DNA of 64,000 nucleotides from an uncultured Parafilimonas sp. (GTDB lineage Bacteria; Bacteroidota; Bacteroidia; Chitinophagales; Chitinophagaceae): the NCBI GenBank assembly GCA_937892395.1, contig CALAGJ010000111.1, forward strand, positions 2,039 through 66,038, read 5' to 3'. The position numbers were made by a program, and so were the translations under genes. The notes below the pieces were generated by a model. That model saw only the letters and a list, made by a program, of their open reading frames with translations. It ran no database searches and was not told the DNA's origin. Shown here piece after piece: positions 19,333 to 29,302 of this stretch (position 1 is the stretch's first letter; every line of letters begins with the position of its first letter).

Positions 19333-20664
19333 CTAAAGATTTTTTTCAGTTTTCTGATTGACAATTTTTAATAGGAAATACAGTAAAACAAATACAGCCA
19401 TTACAAGCAGTCCGGTTTTTGCTGCATTGGGTTCGCTGATGGCAATGCTGATGGCAATAAAACTATAAGCCGTTATAAATACAATTGGTAAAAGAGGATA
19501 CAATTTCATTTTAAAAATACCGCTGCCATCTAAATGCTTTGTTTCTCTGCGCAGCTTGAAAATAGCACCCGCAGAGGTGGCCATACCAAAGCAATCCAGA
19601 AATATGGTAAAGCCCAATATTTCGTCAAACTCTTGAGAGAAAAATAAGATGACTATACAAATGGCGGCAAATGCCGTAAGTGATACTGCCAATGCGTTTG
19701 TTTTCTTTGTTTCATAACTGAAAATTTTTGGTAGTACTCCATCTTCACTCATAGCTTGCATTACACGAGGGTTGCTCATAAGCAATGCGTTTACATAGGC
19801 GAGTACGGACAGAAATAAAAGCAGTGAAAATATTTTACTGCCCGTATTACCAATCAGTTTTGAAACGAGAATACCTGCTATCTCATTGTTTTCAGTAAGT
19901 GCTTTAAAGCCTAATACTTTATAGTAGGAAAAATTGACCAACAGATAGAGTGAAATAATAATAAATATTCCGATGAAAATACCTCGTGGTATGAGCCGAG
20001 CAGGTTGTTTTACTTCATTACCAAAATTGATGGTTTGTTGATAGCCACCATAAGTAAAAGACACAGCTACCATAGCCATACCAAGGGCTTTTATCCACGA
20101 AAAAGCATCTGGATGAATATTGCTGGATACAGCAGTTTGATCTGCATGAACAGCAGGAAAAAACAATGCAGCAATAATGAGTAGCAGCATGGATATTTTT
20201 ATAATCATGAGTACATTTTGTGTACGTGCACTCATTTTCAGGCCCATCATATTTACTCCATAAAAAATAAGAATAGCTGCAATGGCTATTAGTACTTTTA
20301 TGGTATTGGAAGCATCTGGTATCCAAGCACTGCTGATATACCCCGCTCCTATAAGAGCCACCCCGCTCAATGATGCTGCATTTGAAATTAATATAATACA
20401 GTTTATTGCAAATGCCACAGAAGGATGATAGGTGTAGGAAAAGATGCGGAAGTAGCCGCCGTTTACAGGATACCTACTCCCAATTTCTGCATAAGTAAGC
20501 GCACCGCATAGTGCTATTACTCCTCCTGCTATCCATGCTGTAAAAAATACATCAGGACTACCGGCAGCTTTTGCTGAAGTAGCTGCTGTACGAAATATAC
20601 CCATGCCTATAACCAGTCCGGTTACAATCATGGTAAAGTCAAAGAGATTGAGCTTTTGCTTCAT
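19333..20664 (-). CDS. APC-superfamily amino acid permease
   Basis: 443 aa with about 12 predicted TM helices. The N-terminus MIVTGLVIGMGIFRTAA is typical of APC/AA-permease_2 proteins. Confidence 0.8.
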   Translation of the reverse strand: MKQKLNLFDFTMIVTGLVIGMGIFRTAATSAKAAGSPDVFFTAWIAGGVIALCGALTYAEIGSRYPVNGGYFRIFSYTYHPSVAFAINCIILISNAASLSGVALIGAGYISSAWIPDASNTIKVLIAIAAILIFYGVNMMGLKMSARTQNVLMIIKISMLLLIIAALFFPAVHADQTAVSSNIHPDAFSWIKALGMAMVAVSFTYGGYQQTINFGNEVKQPARLIPRGIFIGIFIIISLYLLVNFSYYKVLGFKALTENNEIAGILVSKLIGNTGSKIFSLLLFLSVLAYVNALLMSNPRVMQAMSEDGVLPKIFSYETKKTNALAVSLTAFAAICIVILFFSQEFDEILGFTIFLDCFGMATSAGAIFKLRRETKHLDGSGIFKMKLYPLLPIVFITAYSFIAISIAISEPNAAKTGLLVMAVFVLLYFLLKIVNQKTEKNL

Positions 20665-20769
20665 ACAAAAAATTAATATGGTGTAAGGTTAGTATTAAAT
20701 TGTTTTGATACTATGTAAAGCTCAAAAAAAGAAGTAAGAATTTATTGGGTATAAGCTTGGCAGTATATT

Positions 20770-21693
20770 TTATTTATATCCGTTATTAATTCCGAAATAA
20801 TCTCCCAATCTAATATTTACACTCAAAAAAATAGAAGTATAACTGTCATTATTCGTGGCATTGGCTTTTTCCCCGTCTGGTCTTACTTTTTCTGGACGGA
20901 TGCTTCGGCTGTATAATTGTCTGGCTTGGTTGGCTTGATCTAAAGTTAGATATCGATCAAACAGTACTGGATCAATATAGGTTGTGCTAATATCGTCTAT
21001 GTAGTCAGTAAAAGTTTTTCTAAATTGAATGCCGGTGGATAATGAAAAACTACTGGTTAAATAAAATTTTACACCTGCGGAATATGGTATATAAAGCTGT
21101 GTTAGTTTATAAGGCTTTCTATCGGGATATTCATCAAATCCTTGTCCTTCTAAGCTAAGCGGTTGAAGCTCTACCACCTGTCCGTTTAACTCCGCAGTTG
21201 GGTTAAAATGAAATATACCTGCACCTACCCCAATGAAAGGTTCAATGATATGAAGCTCTGATTCTTTTTCAAACATCATCCAGGGGTAAATTTCTACTCC
21301 AAAATAGGCTTCCGTAATGCTGCTTCTAAAACTTGCATTTCTGTAATAGCGCCATCTTTCCTGCCCGCCTTCGTTTTTGATAAGGCTATCTGCGGCATTT
21401 ACGCTGGTAAAATTTATACCGGCTTTTAGGCCACACCAAAAGGTAGGATGATACATGATTGAGGCACCTCCTATAAGTGAGGTAGTGCGTGCGGTAAAGT
21501 CTTTGATGAATGGTGCGCCTTCACCACGTGTGCCTCCAATATCGCCCAAGAAAGTATTCGCACCCAAAGTAGTACTAATTTCAAACATACCCTTTACTCC
21601 ACCAATCATATTGTTCTGTGCACGAATTGTACTACACAAAATATTGAAACAAAGTAGAATACCAATGACTGACTTCTTTGTAAATGTTTTCAT
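20770..21693 (-). CDS. outer-membrane beta-barrel protein (DUF6089-like, function unknown)
   Basis: Has a signal peptide, alternating beta-strand pattern, and an aromatic C-terminal region (…GINNGYK). The family name is from recollection only. Confidence 0.5.
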   Translation of the reverse strand: MKTFTKKSVIGILLCFNILCSTIRAQNNMIGGVKGMFEISTTLGANTFLGDIGGTRGEGAPFIKDFTARTTSLIGGASIMYHPTFWCGLKAGINFTSVNAADSLIKNEGGQERWRYYRNASFRSSITEAYFGVEIYPWMMFEKESELHIIEPFIGVGAGIFHFNPTAELNGQVVELQPLSLEGQGFDEYPDRKPYKLTQLYIPYSAGVKFYLTSSFSLSTGIQFRKTFTDYIDDISTTYIDPVLFDRYLTLDQANQARQLYSRSIRPEKVRPDGEKANATNNDSYTSIFLSVNIRLGDYFGINNGYK

Positions 21694-21722
21694 TGTAAAA
21701 ATCTGTGCGTAAAAATATTGGT

Positions 21723-22178
21723 TTATTTTGGATAATAAATCATTTCTATATGTTCAATATTATCTTCTAAATAAACCGGGCTAGATTGTTCGAAAGAAAG
21801 ACTGCTATAAAATGAATGCAGATATAACTGCGCCCCAATTTTTATAGGTAAGGCTCCAAACTTTTCCAAGCAATGGTCAATAGATTTTTCCATGAGTTTC
21901 CTACCCAATTTTAGTCCACGATATTCCGGGGCAGCCACCACTCTGCCTATGGATGGATATTCCGGATAAGAAATTCCTACTGGCACAAGCCTGGTATAGG
22001 CTGTAAGCTGATCCCCATGCCATCCACAAAAATGTAAGCAATGCACATCCTTATCATCTGCATCTAAGTAAACACAGTTTTGCTCCACCACAAATATGCG
22101 GCTGCGAAGCTTCATAATGGCATATAACTGAGCCGGTGTTAGTGTATCAAAGCTATAAATATTCCAATCTATTTGCAT
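21723..22178 (-). CDS. GNAT-family N-acetyltransferase, ElaA-like
   Basis: MQIDWNIYSFDTLTPAQLYAIMKLRSRIFVVEQNCVYLDADDKD parallels E. coli ElaA (…LYALLQLRCAVFVVEQNCPYQDIDG…). The start is set at ATG 22178, because the longer ORF would run through the upstream gene's terminator hairpin. Confidence 0.8.
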   Translation of the reverse strand: MQIDWNIYSFDTLTPAQLYAIMKLRSRIFVVEQNCVYLDADDKDVHCLHFCGWHGDQLTAYTRLVPVGISYPEYPSIGRVVAAPEYRGLKLGRKLMEKSIDHCLEKFGALPIKIGAQLYLHSFYSSLSFEQSSPVYLEDNIEHIEMIYYPK

Positions 22179-22189
22179 GGCTATACAAT

Positions 22190-22214
22190 TAAAAAGCCCC
22201 GCCATAGCGGGGCT
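22190..22214 (-). terminator. rho-independent terminator of the FKBP gene
   Basis: On the - strand, the 8-bp GC-rich stem AGCCCCGC-TATG-GCGGGGCT is followed by a T run. It lies 18 nt after the stop at 22232. Confidence 0.75.
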
Positions 22215-22231
22215 GATATTTAAAATTATTT

Positions 22232-23176
22232 TTATTCTGCACCACCTTCTGGCATTACACCTTCGGGCATTCCTCTGGCAGGCTTTTTTGGTGCTACAGT
22301 TACATCTTCCACGACTATATCAAACACAAGTGAACTGTACGGAAGGATATCTGGACCATTGCCCTGTGGGCCATAACCCAAAGCTGAAGGTACCAATATT
22401 TTACCTTTTCCACCTTTGCCAAAATATGGCAAGGATTCATCCCATCCTTGTATAACTGAATGTGTGCCTACCACTACAGGATATGCTCCAGTTTTTCCCT
22501 TAGTAGTATCCATATTTGTGTCAAACACCTTGCTATTATCAGACATTAAATAACCTTTATATAGAATAGCCGCCTGCTTGCCACTATCAGCTTTCATAGA
22601 TGTATCGCCTACATTTTCAATAACAACAAAAGCACCATTTTTTGTGCGGATACCTTTGAGGTTATTCTTTGCCATATAAGCTTCTATTTGCTTGATTTCA
22701 CGCTCTTTATCAATATCCATTTCTTTTTGATAATCAGCAATTAAATCTGTTTCGGTTTTGAATACTTGCAATAGCTTGATATAGCATTTAATGTTGCTTC
22801 CTTTTATAAACAATTGATCATTGTAGCCATTTACCATACCACGGCTTACAAGTGTATCTACACTTATAATGCACACTGCACTATCGCCCACACGCATCAT
22901 TGGAAGAATTTCTATGGCAGAGTATTCACTGCGCTTAGAGGTATCAATACCAGAATAATTTGGCACATGTCCAAATGAATTGTTGATGACAGAATCTTTT
23001 TCTGATAATACATAAGAAATGTGAAATTTTGCAAATTCTCCGGGTTTTGCAAAGGCAGTATCTTTACCATCGCCTGGGAAAATTTTATAGATCAAGCCTG
23101 ATTTTGCTTTATCATAGTTTACATTACAGGATGCCAACATGGCAATGGCCATAAAGGCTAAGAAAACTTGTTTCAT
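22232..23176 (-). CDS. FKBP-type peptidyl-prolyl cis-trans isomerase (lipoprotein)
   Basis: Has the lipoprotein signal MKQVFLAFMAIAMLASC. The C-terminal FKBP domain shows VIQGWDE...GGKGKILVPSALGYG...LVFDIVVEDV. The ATG at 23176 is preferred over the TTG at 23209. Confidence 0.85.
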   Translation of the reverse strand: MKQVFLAFMAIAMLASCNVNYDKAKSGLIYKIFPGDGKDTAFAKPGEFAKFHISYVLSEKDSVINNSFGHVPNYSGIDTSKRSEYSAIEILPMMRVGDSAVCIISVDTLVSRGMVNGYNDQLFIKGSNIKCYIKLLQVFKTETDLIADYQKEMDIDKEREIKQIEAYMAKNNLKGIRTKNGAFVVIENVGDTSMKADSGKQAAILYKGYLMSDNSKVFDTNMDTTKGKTGAYPVVVGTHSVIQGWDESLPYFGKGGKGKILVPSALGYGPQGNGPDILPYSSLVFDIVVEDVTVAPKKPARGMPEGVMPEGGAE

Positions 23177-23225
23177 CTTATAGTTTTTGTTATTTAAAAA
23201 AATGTTCAATTTGAGTTTATTCTAA

Positions 23226-24233
23226 TTATCGCAATTGATTTTTATACTGTTCTATTACATGTTTAAAACTGCTGATATTATCATTAAAGCTGTCTAAACT
23301 TCTACCACCAGCGGCATTTTTATGACCTCCTCCATTAAAATGCATTCGAGCAAATTGATTTACATCAAAATCACCCTTACTTCTAAAACTCCATTTTCTT
23401 TCCTCAATACGATCTATGAGTAAGGCTGCCAACTTGATACCATCAATGGTGAGTAAATAATTTACGAGACCTTCGGTATCTCCAGTTGTAATTTCGTACC
23501 GTAAAATATCTTTTTTGGGAATGTACATCAATGTGGTGTTCATTTCATACATTACCTCCATCCTGTTTAAGAGTGCATTACCAATAAATCGCAACCTATT
23601 TTCAGAATAGGTGTCAAAAATATTATCATGTATGCTGCTGTGCTTTACGCCAAGCTCCAGTAAATGTGCAATTTTTCGATGCACATCCGGCGTAGTTATG
23701 CTAAATCTGAAACTACCCGTATCAGTCATTATTCCCGTATATAGACAGGTGCCAATTTCCGCATCTATCATTTCCCGCCAGGGAGATTCAACAATAAAAT
23801 CATATATCATTTCGCAGGTACTGCTTTTATCTACATTGCTGGTACCATATTGAAAATAGGAAATTTCAGGCTGTTGGTGATGGTCAATAAGTATGCGAGT
23901 GCCTGTAAAATTTTTCAGCCCTTCTTCCATTTTTTTGGTGCGATGAAAGGCATTAAAATCTAAGCAAAATAGTATATTAGCAGCATCTAAAAGCGATTGT
24001 CCTTTTGAAGGATTTTTTTCAAAATCGACAACAGTATCAGACCCCGGCATCCAGCTTAAAAATTTAGCCCAATTGGTAGGAGATACCACCGCCACATTAT
24101 GCCCTTGCTTTTTTAGAAAATGAAATAGACCTAAAGCAGCACCCATAGCATCGCCGTCAGGCTTCTGATGCATGGTAATTACTATCTGCTGGGGGGTAGA
24201 TAGCACTGGATAAAAAGCTGCTGCGTTTTGCAT
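23226..24233 (-). CDS. DHH/DHHA1-family phosphoesterase (NrnA-like oligoribonuclease / pAp phosphatase)
   Basis: Motifs HQKPDGDAMGA, LIDHHQ, TDTGSF and GGGHKNAAGG are present. ATG at 24233; the ORF-track start at 24245 is TTG. Confidence 0.8.
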   Translation of the reverse strand: MQNAAAFYPVLSTPQQIVITMHQKPDGDAMGAALGLFHFLKKQGHNVAVVSPTNWAKFLSWMPGSDTVVDFEKNPSKGQSLLDAANILFCLDFNAFHRTKKMEEGLKNFTGTRILIDHHQQPEISYFQYGTSNVDKSSTCEMIYDFIVESPWREMIDAEIGTCLYTGIMTDTGSFRFSITTPDVHRKIAHLLELGVKHSSIHDNIFDTYSENRLRFIGNALLNRMEVMYEMNTTLMYIPKKDILRYEITTGDTEGLVNYLLTIDGIKLAALLIDRIEERKWSFRSKGDFDVNQFARMHFNGGGHKNAAGGRSLDSFNDNISSFKHVIEQYKNQLR

Positions 24234-24520
24234 AAATGGGCGCAAAAGTGCATTTTTTGAGTTACAAGGTCAAATGAATTTTCTGCCGAGGTGTACAAAG
24301 TATCAATATGCCTGCCCAAGTGGCTATCAATAACTCCAACCAAACTGAAACTAAAAAGAAGTAAAATGTGTAAAAACGAGCATTGATTTTCGATGAATAA
24401 ACTATTGCATCGTTTGAAAAGTTGGTATTAAGATTTTGCAATGAATCTTTATCAACGGTATGGTGATTACCAAATTTTCTTTCCTTACTAAATAGTAAAT
24501 TTTTACACAATTCGAACGCT

Positions 24521-24528
24521 TACTTTTG
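24521..24528 (+). promoter_or_regulatory. -7 box TACTTTTG only 5 nt from the ATG (leaderless-mRNA candidate)
   Basis: Perfect TAnnTTTG match, followed by CTCTG and then ATG at 24534. Confidence 0.45.
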
Positions 24529-24533
24529 CTCTG

Positions 24534-26180
24534 ATGAAAAATATTCTTTATACCATTTTTATATTCATTTCTTTTTCTGCTACAGCACAGAAAACCTCGG
24601 TTAGCACACTCAATGCACCCACAAGACCAAGGTTGGTAGTAGGTATGGTAGTAGATCAAATGAGATGGGACTATTTGTACCGATATTACGATATCTATAA
24701 GGCCAACGGTGGATTTAAGCGATTGTTACAACAGGGGTTTAGTTGTGAGAATACAATGATTCCATATACACCAACTGTTACTGCTGCTGGCCATACATGT
24801 ATTTACACGGGTAGCGTGCCTGCTCTACATGGCATTATTGGGAATGATTGGTATGATGCAGAAAATCATACATATGTTTATTGCACTGACGATAGTACAG
24901 TATCTGTAATAGGCAGTGAAAATAAAGCCGCAGGGGCTATGAGTCCGAAAAATATGTGGGCCAGTACCATAACGGATGAATTAAGATTAGCTACAAATGG
25001 GAGAGGTAAAGTTGTAGGCATAGCTATCAAAGACAGAGGAGCCATACTACCTGCCGGGCATGGCGCCAATGGTGCATATTGGTATGATAGTAAGTCTGGA
25101 AATTTCATAACAAGTAGTTATTATAAAATGACTTCATTGCCCGAATGGGCAACAAAATTTAATGAGAGAAAAATTGTGGATTCTCTCTATGCATTAAATT
25201 GGAATTTGAGCATGCCAGCGAATACTTATCCAAAATATTGTGGCAATGATGATGCAGTGTATGAGCGGCGCTTTGGAAATGAAACAAGTACGGCATTTCC
25301 TCATATACTAAGAGACTATATTGGTAAAGATTATGGAAAAATAGCTTACACACCTTGGGGCAATACACTTACATTAGAAATGAGTAAGGCAGCAATAGAA
25401 GGTGAGCGGCTGGGCCTACATGGTGAAACAGATTTTATGGCCGTTAGTCTTTCCAGTCCTGATTATGCAGGCCACAGCTATGGGCCAAATTCTTGGGAGT
25501 TATTAGATATGTATGCACGATTAGATATGCAGTTGGCTGATTTTTTTAATTTTTTAGATGCTACAATTGGTAAGGGAAATTATTTATTTTTTCTAAGTGC
25601 AGATCATGGAGTGGCCCATGTACCGGGATATCTGAAAGATCAGAATATGCCTGCCGGGCTCTTTAATGATGATGATGTCATGAAAAAAATTAATGCTGCA
25701 TTATTTAATACAACCGGAGTGGCATCTATTGTTGAAACTATGACCAACTATCAATTGTATTATAACCACGAAAAAATTGATTCGGCAGATCTGGATATTG
25801 AAGATATAAATACAACTGTCATTCATACTTTACTTCAAGAAAACAGTGTACAAATGGCTTTTCCTTTAGATGAATTGATGGAAACAACATTGCCATCTAG
25901 ATTAAAAGAAATGATTGCCAATGGATACAATCAACAAAGAAGTGGGGATATTCAATTTGTATTAAAACCGGGATATATAGATGGATATGCCATTGGCACC
26001 ACACATGGGCTTTGGAACCCTTTTGATGCACATATACCATTGGTTTGGTATGGTTGGCAAATAAAACCGGGTAAAACGAATGCATCTGTTTCTATGGCAG
26101 ATATTTCGCCCACACTTGCTGCATTATTGCATATTCAAATGCCCAACAGTTGTATTGGAAAAGTAATAGAGATGAAATAA
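24534..26180 (+). CDS. pafA: PafA-like alkaline phosphatase (nucleotide pyrophosphatase/phosphodiesterase superfamily)
   Basis: 548 aa with a signal peptide. Has VVDQMRWDYLYRY, a threonine nucleophile region (YTPTVTAAGHTCIYTG), and LSADHGV. Size and motifs fit the Bacteroidota PafA family. Confidence 0.75.
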   Translation: MKNILYTIFIFISFSATAQKTSVSTLNAPTRPRLVVGMVVDQMRWDYLYRYYDIYKANGGFKRLLQQGFSCENTMIPYTPTVTAAGHTCIYTGSVPALHGIIGNDWYDAENHTYVYCTDDSTVSVIGSENKAAGAMSPKNMWASTITDELRLATNGRGKVVGIAIKDRGAILPAGHGANGAYWYDSKSGNFITSSYYKMTSLPEWATKFNERKIVDSLYALNWNLSMPANTYPKYCGNDDAVYERRFGNETSTAFPHILRDYIGKDYGKIAYTPWGNTLTLEMSKAAIEGERLGLHGETDFMAVSLSSPDYAGHSYGPNSWELLDMYARLDMQLADFFNFLDATIGKGNYLFFLSADHGVAHVPGYLKDQNMPAGLFNDDDVMKKINAALFNTTGVASIVETMTNYQLYYNHEKIDSADLDIEDINTTVIHTLLQENSVQMAFPLDELMETTLPSRLKEMIANGYNQQRSGDIQFVLKPGYIDGYAIGTTHGLWNPFDAHIPLVWYGWQIKPGKTNASVSMADISPTLAALLHIQMPNSCIGKVIEMK

Positions 26181-26207
26181 TTTGTACATCGTTATAATTT
26201 ACTGAAC

Positions 26208-27173
26208 ATGGATTTACAGCTAATAATGAGCAATCTTACAAATCCTACACTACTTTTTTTTATTTTGGGGATAATAGCAGTTTTCATAAAATCTGATTTG
26301 GAAATACCCGATCAGATATCAAAATTTTTATCTCTTTATTTGTTATTTTCTATTGGCTTTAAAGGTGGAATGGAACTGGCACATAGCGGCTTTACAAAAG
26401 AAGTAGGCCTTACATTATTGATAGCTGTAATATTAGCACTCTTGGTACCAGTATATGCATATTTTATACTACGTAGGAAATTGGATGTTTATAATGCTGG
26501 TGCTGTTGCTGCTACATACGGATCAGTAAGTGCAGTAACATTTATAACTGCTACTTCTTTTCTACAGGATAAAGGAGTGGATTATGGGGGCCACATGGTT
26601 GCTGCTATGGCATTAATGGAATCTCCGGCAATAATTATTGGTGTAATTCTCATTAGGCGATATAGTAATAAATCGGGGCCTGCTCATCATTCCTTATTAG
26701 ACATACTGCGTGAGGCCTTCAGTAACGGTTCTGTATTAATGATACTGGGTAGTTTATTCGTGGGACTATTATCTAACCCACAACAGGCACTTGAGTTCAA
26801 ACCTTTTACAAGTGATATTTTTAAGGGATTTCTTGCTTTATTTCTCTTGGATATGGGCATTACAGCGGCAAAGCGTTTTAAAGCATTTGTAAATGCTGGA
26901 TGGTTTCTAGTTTTGTTTGGTCTTATAGTTCCTTTAGCTAATGCAGCTATTGTTATTTTTGTAAGTCATTTGCTCGGTGTTAGTGATGGTAATGCGTTCT
27001 TGCTTGCAGTGTTGAGTAGTAGTGCCTCTTATATAGCGGTACCTGCTGCACTTAGATTGGCTATACCACAGGCTGACCCAGGTTTGTACATTCCAATGGC
27101 ACTGGGTGTTACATTCCCTTTCAATATTGTAATTGGAATACCTGTTTATTTCTACTTGTTAGGCATTTTATAA
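26208..27173 (+). CDS. Sbt_1-family permease (sodium-dependent bicarbonate transporter-like)
   Basis: 321 aa with about 10 TM helices. The N-terminus ...LLFFILGIIAVFIKSDLEIPDQISKFLSLYLLFSIGFKGGMEL matches my recollection of the SbtA-like (PF05982) family. Confidence 0.65.
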   Translation: MDLQLIMSNLTNPTLLFFILGIIAVFIKSDLEIPDQISKFLSLYLLFSIGFKGGMELAHSGFTKEVGLTLLIAVILALLVPVYAYFILRRKLDVYNAGAVAATYGSVSAVTFITATSFLQDKGVDYGGHMVAAMALMESPAIIIGVILIRRYSNKSGPAHHSLLDILREAFSNGSVLMILGSLFVGLLSNPQQALEFKPFTSDIFKGFLALFLLDMGITAAKRFKAFVNAGWFLVLFGLIVPLANAAIVIFVSHLLGVSDGNAFLLAVLSSSASYIAVPAALRLAIPQADPGLYIPMALGVTFPFNIVIGIPVYFYLLGIL

Positions 27174-27177
27174 AAAA

Positions 27178-27408
27178 TCAAGGTACAGGGTCAAAACCTT
27201 TTCCCCCACCGGGTCTACATTTACTAATGCGTTGGATAGAAAGTACAAATCCTTTCAATAGTCCATGCTTTTTAAAAGCATCTGCTGCATACTGAGAGCA
27301 GGTGGGTGTAAATCGGCATTTTGGCCCAAGCAGGGGCGATATGCCATATTGATAAATTTTTATTAAAAGCAAGAATGGAAATACAACTATTTTTTTAAGC
27401 CAATGCAT
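27178..27408 (-). CDS. yidD: membrane protein insertion efficiency factor YidD
   Basis: 76 aa. [31 protein letters not shown] is the YidD signature. It lies directly downstream of rnpA, the conserved arrangement. Confidence 0.93.
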   Translation of the reverse strand: MHWLKKIVVFPFLLLIKIYQYGISPLLGPKCRFTPTCSQYAADAFKKHGLLKGFVLSIQRISKCRPGGGKGFDPVP

Positions 27409-27797
27409 CAGATTGTTTTTAAAATTTTTTCAATGAGTTTTTTTATTTGCGACTGTACTTCAACAAATTCTGGTATTTGCGTACCAGTATAAACAAAAAA
27501 AAGAGACGCTTTGCTGTGATGCTTTTGCAATACTGATTCGAGTATATACTTTTCTAAACGCCAACTTTCTCTTAGCAACCTTTTGATGCGATTGCGCTGT
27601 GCCGCTTTTTTAAAATGTCTGCTGCTTACACTCACTGCTGCTTTTGAAATGACGCTGCTATCAACTACATTATTTTCTATGGTATAGATCACCCTTACGG
27701 GGAATGAATGTAAAGAGTTGCCAGTTTGAAAAAGTGATGCAATCGCTTTGCGGCTTTTGAGCTTTTGATGTTTATTGTATGTAAATGATGTTGCCAA
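27408..27797 (-). CDS. rnpA: ribonuclease P protein component
   Basis: 129 aa and basic. Contains [12 protein letters not shown]...FPVRVIY and [16 protein letters not shown]. Synteny with yidD supports the call. The start is TTG. Confidence 0.88.
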   Translation of the reverse strand: MATSFTYNKHQKLKSRKAIASLFQTGNSLHSFPVRVIYTIENNVVDSSVISKAAVSVSSRHFKKAAQRNRIKRLLRESWRLEKYILESVLQKHHSKASLFFVYTGTQIPEFVEVQSQIKKLIEKILKTI

Positions 27798-27875
27798 ATA
27801 CTGTGTATGCTAAAAGTTTTTTGAGCTGGATTTTACATGTCAATTTATGTAACAACATTATTCCATAAAATATTC

Positions 27876-29186
27876 CTATTCAACAACCTCACCTTCTAAG
27901 TCGTAGTCATAGGCTTTTGTCATTTTAACCTGAACAAAATCTCCAGGAGCCAATTTTCTTTTACTATGTATGACTACTTCATTATCCACTTCTACACTAT
28001 CAAACTCTGTACGGCCTAAATATCTTCCTGCTTCTTTTTTATCGATAATCACTTTAAAAACCTTGCCTATTTTTTCTTGATTTTTTTCATAACTTATTTC
28101 CTGTTGCACTTCCATTATTTCCTGCGCTCTGGACTGTTTTTCTTCCGCAGTTATATCGTCATTTAAAGTATACGCTCCGGTTCCTTCTTCATGACTGTAT
28201 GTAAAAATGCCAACCCGGTCAAAACGATGTTTTACAAGAAATGATTTCAATTCTTCTACATCATCTCTTGTTTCTCCGGGAAATCCAGCAATGAGTGTAG
28301 TTCTCAAACAAATACCCGGCAATTTATTGCGTATAGCTGCAATGGTTTCTTCCACTTCTTCTTTTGTACTTTGCCTTTTCATGGCTTGTAGCATATTGCT
28401 ACTGGCATGCTGTAGTGGCATATCGAGATAATTGCAGATATTTTCCCGTTCTTTCATTACATCCAATATCTCAAGTGGAAATTTATTAGGGTATGCATAA
28501 TGTAATCTAATCCATTCCAACCCTTTTACATCGCTCAATCTTTTTAGTAAATCTGCTAATTTTCTTTGCTTATAAATATCAAGACCATAGTAGGTAAGCT
28601 CCTGCGCTATGATCATTATTTCCTTAGTGCCTTTTTTTACCAAACCCTCTGCCTCTGATACAATATCTTCCATTGTTTTACTGATATGGCCACCACGCAT
28701 TAATGGTATGGCGCAGAATGCACAGGTTCTATTGCAGCCTTCACTTATTTTGAGATAGGCATAATGTTGAGGAGTGCCCAATATTCTTTCACCGAGCAAC
28801 TCTTTTTTATAATCTGCATTAAATTGTTGCAATAAAAATGGAAGCTCAAGTGTGCCAAACCATGCATCTACTTCGGGAATTTCAAGTTCAAGATCATTTC
28901 TATAGCGCTCACTTAGGCATCCGGTTACATACACTTTATCGAGTCGGCCTCTGCGTTTTAAATCAACTTGCTCTAATATTGTTTGAACACTTTCTTCTTT
29001 TGCTTTGTCTATAAATCCGCAGGTGTTTACAACAACAATATTGTGGTCTAATTTTTTGTTTTCGTGTACTACCATTATGTCATTGGCGGCCAGTTGTCCA
29101 CTGAGTACTTCACTGTCCACCAAGTTTTTACTACAGCCCAGTGTTATGATATTTACTTTATCTTTTTCTAATTTACCTGCTTTCAT
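27876..29186 (-). CDS. rimO: ribosomal protein S12 methylthiotransferase RimO
   Basis: Has an MTTase N-domain (VNIITLGCSKNLVDSE), a radical-SAM CxxxCxxC (GCNRTCAFCAIP) and a C-terminal TRAM domain. ATG 29186 is preferred, because a -7 box lies between it and the TTG at 29207. Confidence 0.92.
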   Translation of the reverse strand: MKAGKLEKDKVNIITLGCSKNLVDSEVLSGQLAANDIMVVHENKKLDHNIVVVNTCGFIDKAKEESVQTILEQVDLKRRGRLDKVYVTGCLSERYRNDLELEIPEVDAWFGTLELPFLLQQFNADYKKELLGERILGTPQHYAYLKISEGCNRTCAFCAIPLMRGGHISKTMEDIVSEAEGLVKKGTKEIMIIAQELTYYGLDIYKQRKLADLLKRLSDVKGLEWIRLHYAYPNKFPLEILDVMKERENICNYLDMPLQHASSNMLQAMKRQSTKEEVEETIAAIRNKLPGICLRTTLIAGFPGETRDDVEELKSFLVKHRFDRVGIFTYSHEEGTGAYTLNDDITAEEKQSRAQEIMEVQQEISYEKNQEKIGKVFKVIIDKKEAGRYLGRTEFDSVEVDNEVVIHSKRKLAPGDFVQVKMTKAYDYDLEGEVVE

Positions 29187-29194
29187 TGATTGAG

Positions 29195-29202
29195 CAAAAG
29201 TA
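29195..29202 (-). promoter_or_regulatory. -7 box TACTTTTG 8 nt upstream of the rimO ATG
   Basis: CAAAAGTA on the + strand is a perfect TAnnTTTG on the - strand. Confidence 0.4.
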
Positions 29203-29302
29203 AGCAATGCGGTTATAAGTACTAAAATTCAATCTGACAGTTGGTGATGAATCAGTCTGTTTAGGAATAACCAACTATTTGCAAATAAGCGTTTTGAAAA
29301 TA

